NCBI GenBank assembly: GCA_030390025.1
Contig: CM059433.1
Span: 9,488,001 to 9,552,000 of the forward strand
Direction: 5' to 3'
DNA: 64,000 nucleotides
From: Squalus acanthias
Lineage: Eukaryota
Shown here: one piece after another, positions 39,581 through 52,459 of the stretch
How positions within the stretch are numbered: the stretch's first letter is position 1
How the letters are laid out: the number at the start of each line of letters is the position of its first letter
Notes under the pieces: model-generated
Told to the model about the DNA's origin: nothing
The model's input: only the letters and a program-made list of their open reading frames with translations
Databases searched by the model: none
Program-made: the position numbers and the translations under genes

Positions 39581-40290
39581 AGGCACTGGAGAAGGTGCAA
39601 AAAAGATTTACAATTATGATACCAGAACAGAGATTACAACCATCAGGAAAGACAACATGCTGGGGATCTTCTCTCTAGAAGAAAGTTTGAGGGGTGACCT
39701 AATAGAGGTCTTTAAAATTCTGAAGAAGTTTAATAGGGTATTTCCACTTGTCCAAAACTAGAGGTCTTAAATATAAGATAGTCACTAATAAATCTAATAA
39801 GGAATTCAGGAGAAACTTCTTTACCCAGAGAGCGGTTAGAATGTGGAACTTGCAACATAAGAACATAAGAAATAAGAGCAGGATTAGGCCACTTGGCCCC
39901 TCGAGCCTGCTCCGCCATTCAATAAGATCATGGCTGATCTTGGGCTCAAAGCCACTTCCCTGCCCGCTCCCCATAACCCTTCACTCCCTTATCTTGCAAA
40001 AATCTGTCTATCTCCACCTTAAATGTATTTAATGACCCAGCCTCCACGGCTCTCTGGGGCAGAGAATTCCACAGATTTACGACCCTCAGAGAAGAAATTC
40101 CTCCTCATCTTCATCCTCATCTGGAGTAGTTGAGGCGAGGAGCATAAATGCATTTAAGGGGAAGCTAGATAAGTACTTGGGAGAGAAAGGAATAGAACAT
40201 TATGCTGATAAGGTTAGATGAAGTAGGGTGGGAGGAAGCTTGTGTGGAGCATAGACCAGCTGGGTAGAATGGCCTGTTCCTGTGCTGTAA
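39581..40290 (+). mobile_element. CR1 fragment interrupted by an antisense CR1 3' end (~39856-40112)
   Basis: Plus-strand CR1 sequence breaks after TGGAACTTGC and resumes at GGAGTAGTTGAGGC; the insert starts with a (CATAAGAA)n tail. Confidence 0.75.
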
Positions 40291-41335
40291 TGTACCAACT
40301 AAACCATGGGGGAAAGTTCTAGGACAACCTTTTCAATAATAAATGAGGGAGTAGGAACCAAACTTCCAGCGGCTTGAATAATTGTTCCGTTTTGCTTTGT
40401 TTTTCTGCCATTTCTACAGACTTTGGCAGTGCTCAGGTTGTTCACGAACCTGGGAGTACTCTGTTTATGCTATTTACAGTACTTGCATAAGTGCAAACGG
40501 CAGCCAGCAAAGAGAGAAAACAGCTAAGTTTCTGTGTGGACCATCTTTCATGCATGTTGCTCAGGGTGGAGCTCAGCTGGCCCATGAAGCATCATGGGAG
40601 AGTGCGCCAAGGTCAGGGATGAAGCACGAGAGGGAGGGGAAGGGCTGCTGCATTATGCTAGGAAAAATTGTTGAAGCTTCCGAAGATGGGATGGGGAATT
40701 TTTTTCTTGATTTTCTAAAGTCTTTAGTACATGATAAATTTCATCTTTACATAGAATATACAGCACAGAAACAGGCTATTTGGCCCAACAAGTCCATGCT
40801 GCACATGAGCCTCCTCCCACCCTACTTTATCTAACCCTATCAACACAACCTTCTATTCCTTTCTCTCTGATGTGTTTAATCTAGCTTCCCCTGAAAAGCA
40901 TCTATGCTATATAGTGAGCTAGGTGAGGAACTATCATGGAAGCTGTATGTCGGAATTTTTTTGGTGCCAGGAGAAAAAAAACTGCAATTGGACAGAAAGG
41001 TTTCGTATTATATGATTGTGACCAAGTAAAATTTAGTAAAAACATAAAATAACCAATTACAAAAGGAGATGTTTGGTTAAAAACAGAGATTTAACCAGTG
41101 AGGAAAAAGAAAAATGAGACACAGACTTAATAGTCTCAAGGTGTAGACAACAGTGACGACAGAGATACAACTTTTCATTCGAGTTCCAACAGGTCGTCAT
41201 AGCCATCCTTTCCCGACACACTCATTCTCAGAGTGCCACATGAGTTACAATGATGAGAACTTTTCACTTTGTAGTCAGCACTGATTTGCAATAATATTTG
41301 TTTCCTGTATAATACTCTCCCTGTGACAGCACTTA

Positions 41336-42225
41336 GGGGGAGAAATTCGGTATCGCCCCGTTTGGGGCGCAATTATCGGCCGGGCGCAAAGTTTAGCGCC
41401 TGGTGCTAATTATCGCCTCCGACTGCAAACTTGGCTTCTATCGCCCCTGGAGGTGATTGGAGCGCTAAATCAGGCGCTACACACCTCCCTTAAGGCACTA
41501 ACGCCGAGGAGCGAGGCGCTACCTCAGAGCGCTGGTGAAGCTCAGGTGATGTCAGTCAGCAATGGAACACAGACACACTGGCACCGGCCAGTTCTTAAAG
41601 GGGAGGGTCGATCTTGCTCTCCATCCACACCCTGCTCATTGCAGCCTTGAATCTCTGTCTGGAGAGACCTCTACATCAAATCTGCTGGAAAGAACAATGG
41701 AGAGTCCCAGGGAAAGAGCTCAGAGTGCAGCCCCCACAGTCTCTTCTAAATCGATGCAAGGAAGGCCAAATCAAAATGAACCTGCAAAGTGCTACTCAGT
41801 ACCCAAAACTCCTTCACACAGCGTTGAATCTCTCCAGAAGTCTCTCTCTCTCTCTGAATGCGTGGTGCAAAAATGTCGCTGACAAAAAAAGGCAGGAAGT
41901 GGTCGCCTTTAAATAGCGCTCCCCCAGTCCCTTCCCGACTGCAAAACGCTCCCCTCAATCTGTCATTGCCAGCGGCAGGTGGTAAGGCAGGCGGCGCCAC
42001 TCAATATCCGGTCCGGGGCGCTACCGGGGCGTTGCATGCTCGACTGACATCACGCTCTGCGGGCGCAGGAGATCGTGGTGGAAGTGTTTAGCGCCGCTCC
42101 AAAATGTCTGGTCAATTTTGCGAGCGGTGCAAACATCGCCGCGCCCGGGCGCTAGTTGCTTTGCGCCCCATTAGCGCCCTCTTAGGGCGCTGACGGGAGG
42201 CGCAAAGCAACCAAATTTTTCCCCC
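41336..42225 (+). mobile_element. Non-autonomous Harbinger deletion derivative (MITE)
   Basis: GGGGGAGAAATT...AATTTTTCCCCC termini, perfect TTA TSD, both ends homologous to the full-length element. Confidence 0.92.
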
Positions 42226-44117
42226 TTAGTATTTAGACTTTTCATGAGGTGGCCTAATAGTATTGATCTCGGAGAAGAAAGTATACAATTATGACATAAT
42301 ATAATCATATCATTGGGTCCCACCCAAAACATTTCAGATGCTGATAGATTCTGCAGTATTTCCAGCATTTTGTTTTCTTACAGCAATCATTTTATTTTCA
42401 ATCAAATCTGGGCTCACTGCTGAAGATTAGCAGTACCAGACTTAGTATCCAGTATTCCTACGTCATTGCACATCGCTTCAGGGTACCATGGCGGAATAAG
42501 CTCTGGAATATATTGAAATAAGCTTGCTAAAAGCAAGTTTACATTTAATTTTATTTAATACATACATTTTACAAGGGAAGAATTTTTAGCAGCATTCCCT
42601 AAAGCATTCCTTTAATTACCGTGCTCATCAGGGAATCAGATTATTTTTTTAAGAACTGTGTTTTGATATTTGGGAATATCTAATGCATATAAATCTGAAC
42701 AGAAAACTGCAGGAAGATATCAGCTCTATTTTAATTCCTAAACTTGTTCATAGTTACAATGAAACTGAGTTTCCTTACTCAGTTTATGTGCCCTTGGGAA
42801 AAATATGATAAAAGACAAGGCTTTGAAGTCAGTCAATTATCAAGGAAGGATCACAAGGAGTACGATGCCTATATACGACAGTGACTACTCTTCAAAAATA
42901 ATTCATTGGCTGTAAAGCACTTTCAGATGCAAGTTGAACTAAATAAATGCACGTGCTTTCTTTCTGTTTCTATTCTTTCTCTTCTGTTTACCAGCCCAGA
43001 ATCAGAGTTCATGCATGTGTCCAGATTAAAGCAGATTAAGCCACTGCATTCCCTCTTCAATAATAGTAATATGTCTCCTCCCACCCCCACCTCAATTTAA
43101 AATACTTTTTGCCAGCTGTTCAGCTGCAGGCTAATTTTCGGGCAGCTGTTCTGCACAAACCAACAACCTTGAATTTAGTACAAGGATCAGATCTAATATT
43201 ACCTAACCTTTAAGAGTCCCAAGAACTGTAGATATGATTTCAATAGCGAAGTTTCATCTTTCTGGTCCACAGTAACCAGGGGTTATTTGTAGAATGTTCA
43301 ATTATAAACCTACAATAGAAGTGAAGTCATCAACTTTAGAACAGTTTTATGCAATTTAATCACTTGCAGAAAACAAAGACATGTCTACAACAAAATGAAA
43401 AGCAAAAGGATGTTTAGTTTTCTCACTCTGAATATTGGGAATAAAGATTGTCCATGTGGATTCTGTCAGTTCTTATTAGAATTAAACATAAAGTCAGTTT
43501 TGCAGATGCTGTGTGATCAAAACTGTTTAAATTTTGAAAGCTGCAAAGGACGAAGAGAATGCAGAGGATTTAAACTTAACAAGCCACCATTCTGTCACAC
43601 TGGCTAAGGATCTAAAGCAGATTACGCTGAATGAAAAGAGCTGCTGTTCACAGTCCAGGTTTAAAAAAAAAATCTTTCAAGAGAAGCATTACCTCTTATT
43701 CCACGATTGAGTAACTTCTTTCCAATATATGGCAAAGGTGCACAGCACGAGGCCCACACGCTGATCCATTTCACACAGCCTTTGATGCACAGTTTAATTA
43801 TTCAAAGGAACTGTTCCACCACTGCTGCATGAGAAATACGTATATAAGAAAACATCGTAGGGAAGAAAGGGCCATTTCAGCCCATCAAGCCCACTCCTTT
43901 CACAGATCATCATGCACGATCTCCACTATCTTGGACTCTACCCCACTTAACTTCTTCAAAATTTCTCCCAAAGAGAATCAAGCAAAATGCCGGTATGTCG
44001 AGCTATCATTCTTTAATACCTTCATTCTTTAATGCGGAGATGCCGGTGTTGAACTGGAGTGGACAAAAGTGAGAAGTCGCACAACACCAGGTTATAGTCC
44101 AACAGTTTTATTTGAAA

Positions 44118-44155
44118 TCACAAGCTTTCGGAGCGGCTGCTCCTTCGTCAGGTGA
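44118..44155 (-). ncRNA. Minimal type I hammerhead ribozyme motif (inverted copy)
   Basis: Exact reverse complement of 44696-44733. Confidence 0.75.
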
Positions 44156-44695
44156 AGTGAAGAAATACAAATGGGCACAGCGTATATAGACAGAGAACAA
44201 TGCCTGTGCAGCGAACAATGTCAGACGACTACAGTTAATCTTTCTGACTGTCTTTTATCACACCTCGGTAGAGAGACAATCAGGTCAGTCAGGAAGACAT
44301 TATATCAAAGACATAGCAAAATACAACTAAGACAATGAGGTGGGGTCACAGGGGGTCTAATGTGTCAAATGCTGCAGTCTGTATGGAAAACCATAAACTT
44401 TAAACTTTTTACTTTCCAGTGATTTCCAGTAAAAAAAAGTAAAAAGTTTAAAGTTTTTGGGTTTTCCATACAGACTGCAGCATCTGACACATTAGACCCC
44501 CTGTGACCCCACCTCATTGTCTTAGTTGTATTTTGCTATGTCTTTGATATAATGTCTTCCTGACTGACCTGATTGTCTCTCTACCGAGGTGTGATAAAAG
44601 ACAGTCAGAAAGATTAACTGTAGTCGTCTGACATTGTACTCTGCACAGGCATGTTCTCTGTCTATATATGCTGTGTCGATTTGTATTTCTTCACT

Positions 44696-44733
44696 TCACC
44701 TGACGAAGGAGCAGCCGCTCCGAAAGCTTGTGA
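44696..44733 (+). ncRNA. Minimal type I hammerhead ribozyme motif
   Basis: TCAC-CTGACGA-A-GGAGC-AGCC-GCTCC-GAAA-GC-TT-GTGA: conserved core boxes, 5-bp stem II, palindromic AAGCTT helix III, helix I TCAC/GTGA. Confidence 0.75.
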
Positions 44734-44867
44734 TTTCAAATAAAACTGTTGGACTATAACCTGGTGTTGTGCGACTTCTCACTTTTGTTCATTCTTTAAC
44801 CCTGGCATTGCTTTCCACAGATGACACATCTCTGAATGAGATTGCCAATTAGTGCCAGCAGCACAGG

Positions 44868-45191
44868 AAAGAAAGACTTGCATTTATATAGCGCCTTTCA
44901 CAACCACCAGACGTCTCAAAGCGCCTTACAGCCAATGAAGTACTTTTTGGAGTGTAGTCACGGTTGTAATGTGGGAAATGCAGTAGCCAATTTGCGCACA
45001 GCAAGCTCCCACAAACAGCAATGTGATAATGACCAGATAATCTGTTTTTGTTATGATGATTGAGAGATAAATATTGGCCAGGACACCGGGATAACTCCCC
45101 TGCTCTTCTTCGAAATAGAGCCCATGGGGATCTTTTACATCCACCTGAGAGAGCAGACGGGGCCTCGGTTTAACGTCTCATCCGAAAGACG
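44868..45191 (-). mobile_element. 5'-truncated DeuSINE-like SINE
   Basis: Core and tail only. Confidence 0.82.
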
Positions 45192-45629
45192 TTATTGTAA
45201 TCCATCAATCATAGTATTCCATCAATATTCCAGTAGCTGATCATCTGTTTGTACTTTAATCCAGTACCCAACCAAATGCCTATCCAGATTTTTAAAAAGG
45301 AATGAATCAACACAGTATTAATTGCAGTTGCTGGGAATTTGCTCTGCAGGTCCATTACTGTGTGTGGGAAAAGTTGATCCTTTGGTATACTGGAAAGAGT
45401 TCCTGTGAATGAAGAATTTAATTTCTATTGCCACGTTATTACAAAAAGTATTCAACTGCTCCACAATTATATATTGAATGCCCCATAAACCACCAATCAG
45501 ATGTTCAAAAGTAGCTCACAAATAAGGAATATAGCTGTGGGTAACTAACAAACATCAACATCACATTTTAGGACTCGGAATAAGTGGGAAGCTTCAGTAT
45601 GCTTTCAGTTGAGTGAAAATATAGTCGTT

Positions 45630-46170
45630 ACATAGAAATTATAACATGGAACCAGGCCATTCGGCCCAACCAGCCCATGTTGGTGTTTATCCTCCACACA
45701 AGTAGTCTTAATCCCAATTGCCTGCCCTGTTCCCATATCTCTGTTCCCTTTTCTTTCAACCACTTATCTAACCTATTTTTAAATGCTGACATGGTTTCTG
45801 ATTCAATTTACACAGTCTGGTAGTGTATTTCACAGCCTCACAACCCTGTTTCTCCTGCTCTCTGTCCTAAATCTCTTCCATGTCATCTTATACCAATGTC
45901 CCTTTAAGTACTGGAAGCATTCGGCTTCTCTCTACTCTGCCTCATCTTTTCATTATCTCAAACACATCTATCAAATCACCCCATAATCTCTTGGTACAAA
46001 GAAAACAGACACAATTTTTCACGTCTTTCTTTGTATTTGTATTTCCGCATACCAGGCAGAACTCTGGTGAATTTCCACCGTACTCTGTCTATTGCCTCAA
46101 CATCATTCCTACGGCATGGAGCCCAAAACTGGACAGTTATCCAACTGTGGTCTTAATGAGGGTTTAATAT
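45630..46170 (-). mobile_element. Old CR1 LINE 3' fragment
   Basis: CAGGCCATTCGGCCCAAC tail motif and degenerate CR1 C-terminal sequence. Confidence 0.6.
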
Positions 46171-46380
46171 TCATCATTCCATCTCAACTTTTATTTTGGT
46201 TACCTCTTGCCATAAAATACAGTATTCCATTGGCTTGTTTTAAGTGCTTATCCACGTGAAGTGTTGCTTTTAACAGCAAGTTCTCAAATTTCCAACGTAA
46301 ATTTTCTTCTTCTCAGATGAGGCTTTAATGGATACTTTATCCTTTTGTTCCTTTCTCCTCTTACCTACCCATCAGCATTC

Positions 46381-46860
46381 AACAACAACAACTTGCATTT
46401 ATATGGCGCCTTTAACGTAGTAAAACATCCCAAGGTGCTTCACAGGAGCGATTATCAAACAAAATTTGACACCGAGCCACAGAAGGAGATATTAGGGCAG
46501 ATGAGCAAAACCTTGGTCAAAGAGGCAGGTTTCAAGGAGTGTCTTAAAAGGAGAGAGGTAGAGAGGCGGAGAGATTTAGGGAGGGAATTTCACAGCTTCG
46601 GGCCAAGGCAGCTGAAGACACAGCCGGCAATAGCGGAGCGATTAAAATCAGGGATGCGCAAGTGGTCAGAACTGGAGGAGCGCAGAGATCGCAGAGACTT
46701 GTAGGGCTGGAGGAGGTTACAGAGATAGAGAGGGGCGAGGCCATAGAGGGATTTGAAATCAAGGATGAGCGTTTTAAAATTGAGGTGCTGCCGGACCGGG
46801 ACCCAATGTAAGACAGCGAGCACAGGGGTGAGGGGTGAATGGGACTTGGTGCGAGTTAGA
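46381..46860 (-). mobile_element. L2 LINE 3' end
   Basis: LHWVPVRQHLNFKTLIL.FKSL.GLAP.YL..LL..Y...RSLRSS motif; (TTG)n tail. Confidence 0.8.
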
Positions 46861-49800
46861 AGGTCAGCAGCAGGAGCATCGTGCCACGTTCCTAGATTCA
46901 GTGCAGAAAGTGGTTTAATGACCTAAGCAGGTCAGGAAAGGTGATTATAGTGGCAGATTCACCTACATCCTGCTGTGCGCATCATCCCATCTGCCTTCTC
47001 AAGCCTACTCCATCATATCACTCCTCACACCCACTTACCTTGCAAGTGCACCCATCGTTCCCTTTCTATGCTCTGTCTCATATCCCCATCTATCCATCCA
47101 TCACTGGATGGCCAACCATCTTCAGCTGCTTAATCAATGACCTTCCCTCCACCATAAGGTCAGAAGTGGGGATGTTCGCTGATGATTGCACAGTGTTCAG
47201 TTTCATTCGTATCTACTCAGATAATGAAGCAGTCTGTGCCTGCATGCAGCAAGACCTGGACAACATTCAGACTTGGGCTGATAAGAGTCAAGTAACATTC
47301 ACGCCATACAAGTGCCAGCCAATGACTATCTCCAACCACCTCCCCTTGACATTCAATGGCATTAACATCGCCGAATCCCCCACCATCAACATCCTGGGGG
47401 GTCACCATTGACCAGAAACGTAACTGGACCAACCACATAAATACTGTGGCTACAAGAGTAGGTCAGAGGCTGGGTATTCTGTGGCAAGTGACTCACCTCC
47501 TGACTCCCCAAAGCCATTCCACCATCTACAAGGCACAAGTCAGGAGTGTGGTGGAATACTCTCCACTTGCCTGGATGAGTGCAGCTCCAACAACACTCAA
47601 GAAGCTCGACACCATCCAGGACAAAGCAGCCTGCTTGACTGGCACCTCATCCACCACCTTAAACATTCACTCCCTCCACCACCGGCGCACTGTGGCTGCA
47701 GTGTGTACCATCTACAAGATGCACAGCAGCAACTCGCCAAGGCTTCTTCGACAGCACCTCTCAAACTCTGGGCCTCTACCAACCCCCTAGAAGGACAAGG
47801 GCAGCAGACTCATGGGAACACCATCATCTCCAAGTTCCCCTCCAAGTCACACACCAGTATGACTTGGAAAAATATTGCTGTTCCTTCATCGTTGCTGGGT
47901 CAAAATTCTGGAACTCCCTCCCTAACAGCACTGTGGGAGTACCTGCACCACACGGACTGCAGCGGTCCAAGGAGGCGGCTCACCACCACCTTCTCGAGGG
48001 CAATTAGGGATGGGCAATAAATGCTGGCCTTGCCAGTGATGCCCACATCATGTGAATGAATAAAAAAAACTCCCACTCACCCTTATCCTTATGCAACGTC
48101 ATGTCGCTCCCTCATAGTCACCACCACCAAATGCACAGCATCCATTGGATGAGCACATGCCATCACACTCACTCGCAGGTCTGTTCTTCCCCTCCTTGCA
48201 GGAGAAGAGAGCACAGAACACCAGGGAAAAGGAGAGAACCGGAGGGGGCCCTCCGAAGATCACAACTGCAGAGGAAGAGATGCTGGAAATAAGTGGAGTT
48301 ATGGCATCCCTGGCTGTTGGAGATGTGGAGACGGGGAGCTCTGAGGTACCTGGTGAAAAATTAAATAAAAGCCACCCACATGTCATACAGCACTCAGTCA
48401 TGTTGGGTATTCAGCGAGTGAAATATGATCACCATCAAAATGATAACTTGCCACATTCTTATCTTGCCACGACTAATTCATGTCTTTTATCTTCCACAGG
48501 GCCTTTACACGTGCAGCAGGAGTCGATGGACGTGGAGGGGCGATGATTCTTCAGAGGACCGAGCCCTTCTGAGGGTGCACCGTCACAGGACTCATGCAGA
48601 CCATGCACCAGCTCAGATACTCGCACTTTGGTGGGACCAGGAAGACAGATAGTTGTGTTTTCACCTGGTGACTCACACTCCACAAGTGAGCAAGAGCAGA
48701 TGGTGGAGACAGGGACAGCAGTGGAGAGTCCGTGTCGGAGGGCACAGCCCTCTCCAAGCTCTGCTCAGCTGGACACAGATGCTGTACCCTGGGAGCTTTC
48801 GATGAAGACCTTCAAAGTAGACTCACCACGACTGCAGAGAGATTGGCGGAGTCCACCTCAAGCATGAGGGGGGTGATGTCACAGGCCATCGAATTGCTAT
48901 CTTCTTCCATGGATAGAGTGGCCAGCGCCATGGACCGTCAAACGCTCCAATCAAATAAGTCCATGCACGCTTTCAACACCATCGTGCAGACTCTGGGTGC
49001 CAACATGTCTACCACCTTAAATAGATTGATAGATACCTTAGCCTTGGCCTTACAGGGCCGCATTGATATGCACCAAAGTGTTCACCAGCACAGTGGGAGC
49101 AGTGAAGTGTGGCTGGGCCATGAGAGGGATGATGGCGAAAGGGGTCATGGAAGTGGGGACTCCACTTGAAGCGCTTCCACTGCCCACCTCTCAGTCAGTA
49201 GCCCGCATGCTGCCTCGTCTCCCGATGGCTAAGTCTGCCCCTGCATAGGTGAAGCAGTCTTTGGCGGGGCCCTCACGGGCTCCAAAACCCAGAGGACGTC
49301 AGCCAAGAGCATCTCAGCAGTCAGAGCAAGGATCCGAGTAGCCTGTCTCAACCTCTGCTGAAGCCACATGGGTTGCACCATGTAGGAGTAGCAGAAAAAG
49401 AAAGAGTAATACTTTGTAGTTGCACAAGGGTATGCACATGGGTGTCTGACAAAATGTTGTTTTGATAAGTTTCTGTTCTTTATTGAGCTCAAATTAATGT
49501 TATTCTTTTTCATCACTTTCCCGTCATGTCCATTCTTGGGTGCTGGGTGGTAAGTGGTCTTCTAACTTGTTTGATGACGAATGTGAAGACATGAACTGAT
49601 GGGGACCAATGTGGGGATGTTCAAGGAGTGGTTGGTTAGTTGCAGGACTGCTTTGTGTCAGTGGCATTGCGGGGCAGGGAGAGGGGAAAGAGTGGTCGAT
49701 GCATTTTCTGGTGATATGGGTCCACTGGTGCAACCTAAGTGAACCTTGCATTAATAAGGGCATCCCTGGCAACAATGTGAGCATCTGTGGGTGCATTGCA

Positions 49801-50740
49801 CTCATCACCCTCCTCCTTCAAATCGTCCAAGAGGATTTGAGCTCTTCGCCTTGTTCCTCCTGCAGGTCCAAGCCTTGCTGTTGCGCACTGTTGTGCAGAG
49901 TTCAGCACACCACGACCATTCTAGAGATCCTGGCAGGTGCGTACTGACAGGGTGCCACCAGATCTATCGAGGGACCTGAAGCACATCTTCCGCATGCCAA
50001 AGGCCTATTCAATCACACATCTGGTGGTGATATGGCATTCATTGTAGTGCTGTTGGGCTTCAGTGGTCGGGTTTCTGACTTGGTATCATCAGCCAAGTTT
50101 GCAGTCAGTATCCCTTGTCGCCTGGCAGACACCCCTCAAATCTGCTCTCAGGTGCGAAGAGATCAGGGATCTTGGGCTGCCGCAGGATGAAAGCACCATG
50201 GCAGCTGCCCGGGAATCTTGTGCACACCTGCAGGGACACACCAGCTGCACACTGATGGAGTGGAAGCCCTGGTGTTTGACCGAGTACTCCTGGTTGTTCT
50301 AGGGGTGCCTGGATTGCCACGGGTGTGCAGGCGATGGCGCCCTGCACCTGTGGGAAGCCAGGCAGAGCTGCAAAGCCGAGCACCCGCTCATTCTGAATGG
50401 CAGCATCGCAGGCAAAGTTGACATCATTACCAGCCCTGGCAAACAACCCATCAGTGACCTGTGTTGCATGCATTTGTGGGCGTCCGACTGGGAGATCCTG
50501 GATATGTCTGCGGCAGAGCCCTGGAAGGATCCGGAAACAAAAAAAGTTGAGGGCAGTGGTGACTTTGACAGCCACTGGTAATCACTGTTCCCTCTAATTT
50601 CTTTTTTGTGCGCGGTCCCTTTAATTGGCTGCGTGGCCCATTCACATTTTCACGCATGCACGGTTTTTCCATGTAAAAGCTGGTGAGTGGCCTGCGCGGG
50701 ACCTCCAGACCCCCGTGAGAACATGCCCAATTTACCTAAA
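46861..50740. mobile_element. Degenerate second Harbinger element (Myb relic on +, transposase relic on -), interrupted by a LINE
   Basis: VSSRSIVPRS*IQCRKWFNDLSRSGK|GT at 46863-46940; EKRAQNTREKERTGGGPP from 48202; frameshifted transposase at ~49800-50580 (GFPQVQGAI, FPGSCHGAFILRQ, GDKGY). Ends approximate. Confidence 0.8.
47105..48068 (+). mobile_element. LINE family A 3' fragment inserted in the Harbinger relic intron
   Basis: PTIFSCLINDLP...FADD through tail GGGCAATAAATGCTGGCC and poly-A. Confidence 0.87.
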
Positions 50741-50803
50741 TCGCTCCTCGTAATCCAATCCATATATTCCTCATCATGGCAAGTTCAGATGATAGTTGTT
50801 ATT

Positions 50804-51560
50804 GGGCCAGAATTTACAGTAACTGGTGAACGGACAGCACCTGCCATTCGTTAGACTTGCCCTTGCCCATTTAATTCCCATGAGCTTTTACACGGCAAGT
50901 TGCTGCAAGTGGGAGATCGAAACGGCCTGGCCCCCTCTACAGGGCATCTGGGACCTATGTGACCAGGACAAGCAACTGTGCATCTGCTTAACCAATGACG
51001 TTGAAGAATCGTTAATGAACAGTGCAGCGTCTGAACAAGGAAGTGCATGTTAGAATAGTGAATTCAATGCCAAATTAGGTATAGAAAGCAAAATAGAGAG
51101 AGGAAATAAAGACTGGATCGAGAGAGGAAAAAAATGGTAAAAAAAAATTCTACGTTTAATAAAAATCTCCAACTAATATTAAAAGCTGAAGGAATGAGAC
51201 TTCACACTTGTAAAAGTTACTTTTCAGTGCCAGAGAGTACTTAAGACTTAGTACATCGTTAAAAAAGGGTACATAGGCTAAAATGGACAAGCACCAACTT
51301 TTTGTGGCAAGTTTAGTCCGTAACTACAATGTCAGTACTGGAACTTCACGCTGTTCAATACATCCGATTGTGGAGCCAGACGGCGAGATGCCGCTGTTGC
51401 GCGGGTTATAGTGGAATGTCACATCTTGGACAGCAACTTCCGGATTTTTGCGTTCAACTGCGCGTCTATGCTCACCTGAAGTTGCTATCCCATTTGTGCA
51501 TAAATAACCGTGAGCGCCATTAGCTTCAGCGTTATTTTTTTTTACAGTAAATTCTGGCCC
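50804..51560. mobile_element. Harbinger-type MITE
   Basis: 14-bp perfect TIR GGGCCAGAATTTAC; ATT TSD. Confidence 0.82.
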
Positions 51561-51693
51561 ATTGCATTCTGCTTCAAAAAAAATTCACCCACGGCACTAC
51601 ATGCTGATAAATATGGAAATGTTGGCTTGGAGCATGAATGTCTGCAATTGATACTTTTAGTTAATGTGTTCAAGGGCATCTTCAGATAACCAT

Positions 51694-52459
51694 GGCCCTG
51701 AATTTTCCACCCTTACGGGTGTGCACCAGGTGTGTACGCGGCCGTAGGGGCCGCGCAAGTTCCGGGTTTAGGCACGCGGAGCGCATGCGCTGAAACCCGG
51801 AACTTGCGATCCGTCAAGAATTCTCTTGACGGATCATCCGCATGCCCAAGAAAAGGGCCTCTGCGGGTGGAGAGTTGCGCTATTTGCACAACTTCCGCCC
51901 GCTGAAAGGCCATATAATTCTTACGCCTGGTAAAAGCAGGCATAAGGCCCGCTTTTACCAGCATAAGAGTTAAAAAAATAGAAAAATATAAGATTTTATC
52001 ACTCACTTATAAATTAAAAACCCTGTCCAATAAGGTAAGGTTATATTAAGCACCGTTAAAACATATAAAAAAAAATTAATTTTTTAAAAAAAAACTTATT
52101 TAATTAAATGCCATTTTAATTAATTTTATATATGTAATGGTTTTTCTTTATTTATTTCAGTGTGTTGGTGCATTTTTGCAGTCATCCCCATTCATACTTT
52201 TGACAGTTCTGTGCATACGGAACCGTCAAAAGTATGAAGGGGGATTCCCTTCTTCCATTGGTTGGGCCGGACCACGTGATCCCAGGGCTGCTTGCGAACC
52301 GCCTGTGCCCCTGGGATACACGGGCCTCTGCGCATTTCGAAGAGGAGAGGCCCAGGATCGGAAGCCTTGGGATCCACGGAACCAGCAGGTAGGTCCGTAG
52401 AATTTTTTCTGATCGGAGGCATCCGCCCGCAGGAAGCCTCCGATCGGAAATTCAGGGCC
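51694..52459. mobile_element. Harbinger-type MITE (relative of 30039-30744)
   Basis: GGCCCTGAATTT...AAATTCAGGGCC termini; internal blocks shared with the 30 kb copy (e.g. GCAGGAAGCCTCCGATCGGAAA). Confidence 0.82.

Larger units (their letters stand above)
44033..44787. mobile_element. Palindromic non-autonomous Penelope-like element (inverted pseudo-LTRs)
   Basis: Arms 44063-44415 and 44436-44788 are near-perfect reverse complements; 12-bp TSD TTCATTCTTTAA at 44021-44032 and 44788-44799; arms are homologous to the region 3' of the GIY-YIG ORF at 59950-60255. Confidence 0.85.
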
